In this document: piece after piece, positions 12,247 to 22,850 of the stretch
Numbering within the stretch: the first letter of the stretch is position 1
Layout: the number at the start of each line of letters is the position of its first letter
NCBI GenBank assembly: GCA_907165135.1
Contig: OU015569.1
Coordinates: 5,580,001 to 5,644,000, forward strand
From: Oikopleura dioica
Taxonomy: Eukaryota > Animalia > Chordata
Direction of reading: 5' to 3'
DNA: 64,000 nucleotides
Notes under the pieces: generated by a model
The model's database searches: none
Seen by the model: only the letters and a program-made list of their open reading frames with translations
Told to the model about the DNA's origin: nothing
Made by a program: the position numbers and the translations under genes

Positions 12247-12600
12247 CAAACAATTCACTTCCAGGAAATCTTAATTAGTAGACTTTGTAGAAGAGACCAC
12301 GGGCTTTTCAGTGGACTTGGTCTCAAAGTCTCAATCCGAATATTTCAAGTACTTATGTACACGTGAATTCAAGCATCTGTTTTTCGATCATAACTCAGCT
12401 CGTCGGCAAGATATGAAAATTCTAAAAGTCGGAGAAGAAAGAGAATAAGAAGTTTAGTTTGTATGCCAAATTTTATTAAATTCGAATAAAAAATTCGGGC
12501 TTCCTGGCGAAAGTGAGAAAATGGCGCGCGACGCTCACTCGGCCTAGTCCCTTAAAAAAAGCGCGTCAAAGGAATCTCCCCTTCTTGTGCTTTCCTTGTT

Positions 12601-12697
12601 TTCCGTTTGTAAGAGGCGAGAGGGGTAGGAGAGAGTAGGCATGGAGACGATTCTTACCTGTTAGACAATCGAAATCGGACTCAAAAATGGGATGAGT
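12601..12697 (-). ncRNA. SL: Spliced-leader (SL) RNA gene, mirror copy
   Basis: Reverse complement of 11669-11765. Confidence 0.93.
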
Positions 12698-12955
12698 AAA
12701 GAGAAGGGGTGCTTGATTTCGAGGTCGTTTTGTCGCTGCGCGCTCCTATTTTCGGCCTCTTTTCAGAAAATCGCGCGGTAGAGGGCGCTTTTTCACAAGT
12801 GCCACGCCGCCCGCAACGCAAGCTCCACTCTCAGTACTTGCCTCACACTAACATTTTGACTTTTTTCAACCACAGATAACCCGATTCTAAAGAAATATGA
12901 TGTTAAAGCAGGCTTGCAAGGCAAAAGGATGATCCTTCCTTGCAAAAAATCAAAA

Positions 12956-13074
12956 TGCTTAGCGCACGAGGTATTCCCAACCGGTCACCCATGTAAGTAC
13001 TAACCCCGCCCGTCGTAGTTTGACTTCAGTGATCGGACGAGAACTGGTTTATTCTACGCGGTATGACGCTAAGC
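12956..13074 (-). rRNA. 5S: 5S rRNA, mirror copy
   Basis: Reverse complement of 11292-11410. Confidence 0.95.
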
Positions 13075-13279
13075 GATGATGGCTCTGTCAAGGTACATTT
13101 TATAGCAAGTTATTTACTCAGATTCATGTTTCGAACTACCCAGACACCGTCAGTCCACCTTCACGCGTGATTCTTCTGGCTTGATGGGGATGGAAGAAAG
13201 GTTGATTTTCTGAAAAGAGGCCGAAGATCACAACACGTCTTCCTGGAAATTCGTCTTTAGCAAGTTCTTTTAGAAAATC

Positions 13280-13445
13280 AAAGCTGAAACATCAGTTGTA
13301 TGTGACCTAATAAATGGCAAAATTCGTCAATCTTCAGTGCGCAGAAGGCTTCTTCTATATCCAAGTACAGAACTAAGGTTACAAGGCACGACCTCGGTGA
13401 ACATATCAACACTGACTCTCTGAATGAACATTTTTTGCCATTTGC
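13280..13445 (+). ncRNA. Candidate small RNA (right-arm copy), unannotated
   Basis: Starts 55 nt after the PSE-like copy at 13204-13225. 5' hairpin AGCTGA-AACA-TCAGTT; ATTTTTTG at 13430-13437. Confidence 0.3.
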
Positions 13446-14144
13446 GAGTTTTCCGGAAGAGAACTCATTTTAGGAACTGGGGAACGCAATGACGTCCTTC
13501 TAGATAAGTTTCTAGATTTTCTCCACAGATTCCAAATATGTTTGGTGTTCTGGGATTTTAAATGAGCAAGTGGGTGAAATAAGTTGCACCGACTTAAGAA
13601 AAGCACGTGCTTTGACGTAATTAACGTGTCAATTACTAAAAAATTTTCTTTCTTCAGGATTTAGATTTACTGCTCCGTGTGGAGCTACAGAAAAATTCAA
13701 ATACTCATAAGAGTGTCCCTCTCCACGGAATTCTTTAGTAAAAGGCGAAAGAATTATACGTTTTGAAGAGAGACCAGAGCTGAATGGTCAGTGGCCTGAA
13801 AGAATCCCAAATCGGCCGCCGCAAAGTATCATTATGGTGCGCGAGCTCGCCAAAAGAAAATCGATTCTTAGCTTAGATGCTTTTGACGGGAAGTTGTAGA
13901 AGAACGACAATTTGTTATTTCACCACGAGGATATAGAATAACATTTTGTGGAAATTCTTTTTGATAGCGGAAGCAGAATGATATGGAGAAGTGTGCTCAT
14001 CGTCAATTCTGAAGCGTCACTTGCATTTGTTTACAATATGCGGCATATTATATGCGAAGGGAAAATATTTTCTAGTGAATGAATATTAAATCCCGCAAAA
14101 CAATTGAGCCTTTGTCGATCCCTCTGGTCAGAAAGAGATAAAGT

Positions 14145-17100
14145 ATGATTTTACTTTTTATTTTGGTCTTTGTTTCGTGGGCGAAGATACACAAGACGAT
14201 AAGAATCGGCGATGATCAGGGTTATGAAGGATTCGTGATTGGCATAAGCAATACTGTAAAAAGGGACTTGAGTTTTGTCGCTGGAATGAGTGATAAGTTC
14301 ACACGCGTTTCGAAGGAATTGTGGGACTCTTCTAATGGGAGAACTTTCATCAGTGAGATAACCATAGTCCTTCCTGAAAATTGGGAAGAGCCGACTGAGG
14401 AAGAGATAGCGCAACACTCACTGAATTATCGAGGGCCAGTCTCAGGACTAAGCTTCGATCGAATGGCGATGCAGGTTCATCATGCGACTGACGACTTCAA
14501 CCCACACAGAATGTACGCGATTAAAGTGACTCCCTGTGGTCATTTCGGCAAGCACATTCGCGCCACTGATAACTACATCAAGAAGTCAGACGACGCAGAT
14601 GTCGTTGAAAGGCATGGACGCTTCGAAAAGGTCTTCGTGCGAGAATTTGCAAAGCTTCGATGGGGAGTTTTCGACGAGACAGTTAACAAAGATAAAGATG
14701 AGTACATTTTTGACAGTGAAAAGAACGAAATAATACCTGCAAAATGTTCGCGTGGGCTGATTGGAACGCACGTCTACAAGGCGAATTTCGATGCAGAAAA
14801 TACAAAAGCGGGCGACATCTGTGAAGAAGCCTCGCACAAATACCACGGAAAATGCCATTTTATTCCGAATAGCGATCAGACTCCAGCGGAGGGCACGAAA
14901 GCGCCCTGGATCGGAAGCTTTATGTACAGCACTGCTGTTAAAGATATCAATACATTCTGTCGCGACAGTACCAACGATGCGCTTGGACACGAGTGGCGGC
15001 CGAACACAATTCACAATAAAGAGTGCGATAAAAAATCAGTTTGGGAAGTAATTACGAATTCGCCAGACTTTCAGCAATTTACTGACAGCGTTGATCTGGG
15101 CGAACTTAAAATTAATATTGTTCGAGACACAGCAAGACGAATTGTGCTAGCTATCGATATGAGTACGTCGATGCAACTACCCGGACAAACTTACGATCGA
15201 TATTTTGCTGTTAGAAAAGCAGCAGTCCAATTTTTAGAAACAGTTTCTTTGGGGACATATATAGGTAGTCTTTACTAGCAATTTTTCAATTGAACTGTCA
15301 ACAATTATAGGCTTGATTTCTTTCGACAAAGGATCGCGTGTGCATTCAGAACTAATGAAGATTGAAGATGAAGACAGCCGCACAGTTTTAATCAAACGAT
15401 TGCCGCGAAAAGAAGACCTTGTCCGTGGAACCTCTATTGGCGCTGGAATTCTTACGGCAATAGAAGTTCTTGAAGAGACTGGTCCTGAGGATCTTAGAAA
15501 TCATGGAGGCGAGATTCTTTTGATTACCGACGGAGCGGAAACTGTAAAACCTCATCTTTCAGATATTCTCGAAAAGGTTTCGTCCTCGGGTGTTACAATA
15601 CACGCGATCTCACTAGGCTCCGAAGCTCTTTATGGCGTGGAGATAATAAGCGAAGAAACTGGAGGACTAGGAATTTTCACTCCTGCAACCGTCGACTCCA
15701 GAAACACCATGAACGTCAATCTACAAGATGCTTTCAAGCAGCAGTTCAACGGCGAAGGCGAAACCTTGACTGTTAGCTCAGAAGCAATTGATCTTGAAGA
15801 CGAGCTGGAAATACCATTCGTGCTTGATGACAGCATCGGTTTAGGAACCAGGGCTGGTAAATTCGCGTCCTAAATTCTGTCGAAAATTTTTAGTGCGCTA
15901 AAATTAGTGCGCGAATTTATTTTGTCGAGACTTTTAGCGACTTTCGCGTGCCTTTCGCGTGTGTCTCGAAAACTGTCGAAAATAAGGGCTGCTGATTGGC
16001 CCGCCAATGAGCGCGGGCTCTTTAATTCTGAAGACTACGTAAGTTTGAGAATTTCAAACTTCGTTTGAACTAGAATTTCAAAAAGTTTGGTTTTAATAAA
16101 GTGGACAGGGTAATCAAGGGCGTGAATTTCTAATATGAAGTCAAAAAAGACTTTATTAATCCATTTGTTAATTTTATTTATAAATATGAAGAAACAAATA
16201 TAGCCTATATTATATAAGGAAAAATATATTTTAACTTTTGTTTGCAACTCTTTCTGTGCTGGATTTGAATGATAAGCTTAGACTCTTCGCCTAAGATTAG
16301 CTTTCTTAGGGAGGTCTTCTCCCTAATTTTTTTTCTTGAAGGGCCATCCGCAGCTTGTTCTTCCTGCCTTTTCCCTTTCTTGCCATTCGTCTTCTTGTCG
16401 TCGTTCGACAACTTATCTTCGATGTCCTCAATAGTCTGAAGCTGGAGCAGCTTTGTGCAAATTCATAATATAATTCTTTATTAACAAAATCAAATTTATT
16501 TTATAATTGAGAAGGGAGATCTTCTCCCAAGTTCATGCTTAGATTATAATAATATAAATACAATATAAATATTATAATATGAAACATAAACAACTTTGAG
16601 AGGAGTTCTTCATTAGCAGTTATCAACTTAGCGTGAATTTGGGAGGAGACCTCCCTTCTAAATTATCAAATAAATATGATTCTGTGAATAGGGAATTATA
16701 TAAAGATGCTCAGAAGAGCTCTTAGACCTCGAAAGTAGAACGTATCAGTCAAGGCTGCTCTAGCTTCCTTGAGGACAGCTATGAGAAGTTGTCGGACGAC
16801 GACAAGAAGAAGAAAGGCAAAAGATGAAGAAAAGCAGGAAGATCCAGCTGCGGATGGCCCAGCGATAAAAAAATAGGGAGAAGACCTCCCTAACAAAGCT
16901 TATCTTAGCTCATCATTTAAATGCTTGACAGAGAAAATTTCAAACAAAAGTTGACTTTTATTCTTTTCAACTTATTTGTTACTAAATAAGAAATTTTTTT
17001 TAATTAAATTGTGTCATATTTACGATGCATTCAATGATGATTAAAAGTTTCAATTTGAAACTGCGAAAAAGTTTCAGTTTGAAGAAATTCTTCCCTGATC

Positions 17101-20048
17101 AAAATCGTCTTCCATGAGACTGTCATCCGGGAAGAGCTCATTGGATGATGAAAAGAGCCTCTTTTTTCGCGTCTTTAGCGCTGATCAGCTCTCGAAAAGA
17201 CGCGAAAATTTCCGAGAGGAAAAATTAGTGTCATTTTAGCGCACTAAAGACGCGAAAGACGCAAAAATGACTCGAAAAAAAATTAGTGCGCTAATTTTTT
17301 TTCTCTTCGAGAGAAAATAGTGCGCTAATTTACCAGCCCTGTTAGGAACTAAAATTTTCGTTACTTGGCCAGAAAGCGTCGCCGAAGAAAGCGCGCCTGA
17401 ATTGTCACTAGAGCTTCCTTCTGGTGCCACCGTCGATAAAAATTCCTCCGACAATCTTGGCTATTCATTTACTATTGCTGACACGGAAACAAACTCACTC
17501 ACAGTCAAAATGCCTGATCCTTCAGATGTCGGCCGCTACACAGTAAAAATCAAAAATCCTACCTCTGAAAAGTATTCTATTACTGTCGCGATCAACTCCT
17601 TTCCGAGAGATCAGGTGTCTCCTGTCAAAGTGACTGCATACTCAATGCTTGATGATGATGACAGGCCTTTAGTGTACGTCGAAGTCTCACAAGGAATGTA
17701 TGCCGTAATTGGTGCCACCGTCGATGCGCAATACATTCACCCAGAGCTGGATTCAAAAGATACGACTGAGCAAAAGTACTCTTTGCACGATGACGGGGAT
17801 CAGACGACGCCATCGCAGACGATGGAATTTACACTGGCACAATCGAGGGTGATAAAGATGGCGAGTACTCTGTTATTCGAATCACAGTGTCAACAGACAA
17901 AACTGGCAGCAGCACTTATGTCAGTCGCGAGCATTACCTCGGCTGGGGAGATTTGAACACACTTCGAACCATTCCTGAAATCAGGACACCAAGTAGGTAC
18001 AGAAGAGACATCGACGAACCCATCCAACGAATTCTCCGTCAAGAAACTATAGTCACGCCTGCAAATATGTCTACTATTTCGGCGGTAAACATACCAATCG
18101 GGCATCACGATGATGCGCACATTGAAGTGAAAATATCCGGAAAGAATCTTTATAAACTAAACATAGAACTTGTACATAAGAATTCCGACGTTACTTCAGT
18201 CCGGCAAGAGACGAATGTAAGCGTGTCATTTACAATAAAGAAACAAACTGAGCTTCCTCAAAGAATGCATGAAGCCTACAATTTGCTGATCACGAACAAT
18301 AATCCTCAGAATGCGTCAAGTGTATTCTTCAGTGTACGTTCAACTGAGTTAAACAATTCTCGGAAGCGACGAGATACGGAAAATTTTCAAGAAATCAACT
18401 TTACTCGATCAACTTCTATGTCTCTGAAAACAAAGAGGACATCATGTCCTGATGGATTTAAGCATTACAAGAGTATGAAGATTTGGCATAGATTAACCAT
18501 TTAACTTTATGCGCTTAGATAATTGTTGGCATTATAATCCTACGAAAATGATTTACAATCAAGCGAAAAAGTATTGCGAGTATAAAGGAGGAGCGCTTCC
18601 GATCATTCAAAATGATGCAACGAAACAAGCCTCTTTTCGGTTTGCCTATTTTGAAGAATCGAAACACTCTTCTTTCGACCGTTTTCTTTCTTATTGGATC
18701 TCATCAGAAAGTAACTTGCTAAAATCAACCTACTCAGCAACAGTCGAAGTACCCACACGAGAAGAAGTACTTTCATTTGAACAAGATCTGCAACGGCGAG
18801 GTCGACGGTTGGAATCATCGAAGCACTCCTGTCCGTATTTCTTGTTCGCTGACGGGACTTGGGAATTCGGAGCTAGTTCGTGCGCGGATGAAAATGACAA
18901 ACGAACAATTCTTTGTGAGAAAAAACTTGCCAACGCAATTCCGCCTGCTGGTATTCATTGAGACTTTGCTATTTTTACAAAAACTTAGGTCGAATTAAAG
19001 ATTTATCTGTAAGGACCATTGATAGCTCCGGAAACGAGGTCTTGCCATTTCTTGACACAGGTAGAGATGTTTAGAGAAAAGCAGGAATCGATAAACCTAC
19101 CCCTATAAAATCTAAATATAGACGAGAATGACACATGGGTTCACGAGCTATCGTGGACAAATCCTGACGAACTTGGTGTTCGCGGTAATCCGATGTCAAT
19201 CCAACTTCGGGTTTCAGCAGATGTCAAAGAAGACGGCGAATTCAGAGACGCTCGACTCTTGGCTCAAGTCACAGTTCAAGTTTGGAAGGCTCTCATTGCT
19301 TTTTATTCTCTACTTTAGGGAAACGGAATGTTCAATCTGAACAACTCGGAGTTATCCTTCTGTCCCCCAAATATGCCCATTGATGTCGTTTATTACTTCA
19401 AATTATCTGACCACGTCCTGGCGAATGAAATCAGCATGGTTTTGGATGAGTTCTACAAAGCTCATTTTCATACAGGCCCTTATGAGTTGCAGGTAGTTTT
19501 CCATTATCTCTTTTCTTTCGTAAATTTCTCTTAGGTTTCCTATATTTTTGACGACATTATAATCCATGGCGAAATAAATGACTCGACGATGCGCGACGAC
19601 TTCGATAATGTAACCATACTCGTTGTTGACGATCAAGACGATCAAGAAGAAGCAATTTATAATCGACAATTCGAGAGAATAACGAAAATTCCACGTATCG
19701 ACAATATTACTGAAATCATCGTCGAGCACATTCGGCTTGGAGATCTGGTTCACGATTATTGCGAAAAGAGATTAAAAGTGTCCAGGTTGATCAGAGCAGC
19801 AACGATAAGCAAAGATGGTTTCATCGCGAAGCCTTCTCCGGGCGCAAGGATAACAGTTCAGGTTAGTCAGCTCAAGAAAAAATAGAAGACACTTGTAGCT
19901 CAAAAATCGTCTACCGAGATCTATTCAATCAATGATAGAAGCCACTGCTCCCGAAGCTATTGTTGAACCCAGTTTCAACAAACAACTTTCCTTACCGAAT
20001 GCGAATTCGCTTGTTATGTTCATGGTATTTCTTCTTTTTTCTGTATAG
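14145..20048 (+). CDS. CLCA-like protein (CLCA-N, vWA, beta-sandwich domains) extended by a C-type-lectin-like domain and a hydrophobic GPI-type tail; interrupted by a hAT element
   Basis: Signal peptide, FISEITIVLPENW, CGHFGKHI, LRWGVFDE, vWA DMSTSM, GTSIGAGILTA, LLITDG. WHYNPTKMIYNQAKKYC...GALPII lectin-like segment. Ends NSLVMFMVFLLFSV*. The 3' exon joins are less certain. Confidence 0.82.
15849..17341. mobile_element. Non-autonomous hAT-type DNA transposon, 1493 bp
   Basis: Perfect 15-bp TIR CAGGGCTGGTAAATT / AATTTACCAGCCCTG. 8-bp TSD TTAGGAAC at 15841-48 and 17342-49. Subterminal TAGTGCGC/CGCGAAA repeats. No transposase ORF. Confidence 0.93.
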
Positions 20049-20161
20049 TTACTCATTAAATGCTTATTTAAACAATCAATTAGTAGATTTATTAATTCCA
20101 GTATAATACAACTTTTTACATGATCAGACTCTAAAGCATTGCGGCTTCTTTGAAAATGGGC

Positions 20162-20730
20162 TCAGTTCTGACGAGTCGACCTAGCGACGCTGTTGAGAAT
20201 ATCTTCCTGAACGCAGGTTGGATGGATATTTTTCGGAAGCGATTTCGCTTCGCGGACCACTGGCAGGCTCGCATCTTCTCTGGACGATTCTTTGGGTTTC
20301 CACCTTAAATTTGGGGTCAGAACCTGATTGAAGAAATTAATCTACCTTTGTAGTTTTTGCATTTGCATTTTCTTCGTCGACCGTTTCCCACGTTGTAAGA
20401 GTAATTCTCGACGCAGGTGAGCTCGCAAACAGATCCTTTCTTGAGCCCGTCACTGCAGGACCATGAGCCGAAATCATCTTGCAGCTCCTCGCATTTGCTG
20501 ATATAAAGTCGGCTAGAGCGGTTACCATGCGAGAGTGACTTACCCTGCATCTACGCAGTTAGTTTGGTAGCTTTCCTCGTCGACTTTCCATCGGCATTCG
20601 TCTGACTTGAGCAGGATACCACCGAAGGAGGTTGTGCAGTCACAGCGCGCCGATATCGACTCGCCATAACAACCTAAAATTGGACAACTGTCCCCGTGAC
20701 TTGCCTGTGATGAGCAATCCTCGTTCAAAT
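20162..20730 (-). CDS. Cys-rich sushi/CCP-like extracellular protein (5' end not located)
   Basis: CEELQDDFGSWSCSDGLKKGSVCELTC...KCKCKNYK..W and an upstream Cys-rich exon. Confidence 0.5.
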
Positions 20731-22850
20731 ATCCCTCTTCAAGGTCGAAAGGCCCGCAATTTCCATCTTTTATGTGATAACCTTACTTCCCAACCTAATG
20801 ATCTCAAGTACGGCTTAAGCGCAATTGTATTGATTTCTGACGCTCTATGGAAATCTAATCACTGTTTCTATTCAAAATCCTTATTCTCAAATGTATATTA
20901 TTCACTTTCCTGGCATGTCCAAATAAATCACAGTTTCGTTTGAGCTGATAACAGTTCGTCGATCTCTTGACTTTCGCGCAGCCTCGGCGCAGAAGACTAT
21001 CAAATTAAAAATTTTCATCGTGAAAATGCTAAAAAGTGTATTCCTCGTTCTCCTCAAGGCAGAAATAAGTTTTATGACATTTGGCTACAAGCAGAGCTTA
21101 TATATAAGTAACATATCGGCGGGCGAGTATCCGATTTCCAGTCTTACCGAGCTCTTGAGTTGTGCGGCGGAGGGCGCACGTATGCTTTCCTATCTCATTC
21201 TATTGCGTGTGTTTTGATTATTTTTTGGTAAGTATTTGACGAATGAATCCGTGCACTAAAATATCATGTCTTACGAACTGGTAGACAACGGATATCATCA
21301 TTGAAAAAACAAATTCATGTATTTTTTAGAATCCTAAAAAAATGATTCTCTACGTTGTTGTAGTACAAAGCCATGCTCACTCGTTATCTCTACCAAAGGT
21401 TAGCTAAAAAGATGGCTCAACTCTAAGTCCTCTAAGTTGACATGCGCATAACTTCGAAATTTCAAAAGAATCATCCTCTTCATTTAATATTTTGAATGAA
21501 CCGAGTGCGAACAGATTGAGTCTGTTATTCAAATGACTACGGTTTAGTTGAAGGTTCTTTTTTAGAATTTTTCCGCTTTACTTTTTGGAAGCCTTCTTCC
21601 GCTGTGTGCCTTTTCCTTCACTTCGGAGATGACATGATCTCAAATTTTTAAAAGCTCGGGGTACACGCGGAAACCGGTCTTTCCTAATCCCGTTCTACTA
21701 AAAATGAATAACGCTACTTAAAGTTTAAAATGCGATGAACTTTATTTTTAGTGATCATATATAAAAGTTCATTAAATATTTTCTGGGAGTTTATCTTGCA
21801 TTCAATAAGATGTCTTTCACCAGAGGTTCTGCACTATATAATATCTGTAACTATTATAGGGGCGAGCCCGGGGCGACTATAATTTTGAATTGGCTAAACA
21901 TTCACACCTGCATAAGATAAACCGATCTGTATGGCTTCTTAACCTTCCGGATTCCCAATATTAGTGGCATTTTATGCTACCTTCCGGGTGTTTCTTGAAT
22001 TTCATCAGTGACAGGTCTCTGGATTTTAGACGCAAATAATCCTTTTCCTCGTGAGATAGAAGGCCACTCGTATAGTCCAAAATCACCCGTGTCAGCCTTT
22101 AATCTTCAAACAAGTGACCTAAGCTTCTTATTTGAAACGGTCTTATCTCCTGGCAAATTTATGCAATCGCGGAAAAAAGCAGATACAAGTCGTTGGCGAA
22201 TACGTATATCATCCTTGGTCGGATTTATTGTTAAAGTACACCGCTACACCTGGCTGGCTTTTTCTATTAGTAGAATGTGATGAAATAGGCATCAATTATA
22301 GTTAAAACAATAATCCCTGCTAATCACTTAGCGCACCTGGCAGGTAAATAAATATGAACATTCTGCTGTTTCTTAAATCTCTTATAAACCGATCCGCTTT
22401 GATGGAAGTCAAGTAGAGTCACCCTGAGTCAACAAAGAAGCTCTTCATGAGTTTGAGGATCATTTCATCCTTGACAGATTAGATTTGGCATTCTGTTTTA
22501 TTTTGTTCTTTGTTTCATAATTCGTAGAAGGAATTGGATATGGCAAATTTGGATTCTGCCACTGCTGTGGAATGAAACGTGTGTTGTGAGACATGACCGG
22601 TAATCCCCCAACTCCACTGATCAACTCACACAACCGTTTACTCTCACACCACGCAGCAGCTATAACACCTCTTCTTTTCTGCACAAAACCTGTATTTGAA
22701 CGAGAAACTAAATTTTTAGATGATATTTTTAGGCGCAATACACATATTAATTACAAAATAATTTCATACTCTCCAAGTTTATTGCAGAATAGGCGACAAA
22801 ATTTCTTGACAGTTGGAAAGACTCACTGTTTATGACCAGAATTCATCAGT

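Larger units (their letters stand above)
10925..13445. repeat. Large inverted repeat: arms 10925-12107 and 12259-13445, 151-bp spacer
   Basis: The arms are reverse complements (paired positions sum to 24366). The inner segments I compared are identical; a few substitutions and one 4-bp indel occur near the outer ends. Confidence 0.97.

Noticed and set aside
16205-16896. Transposase remnants in the CLCA hAT element
   Set aside because: Only short lysine-rich fragments with stops; no BED finger, DDE or hAT dimerisation motif.
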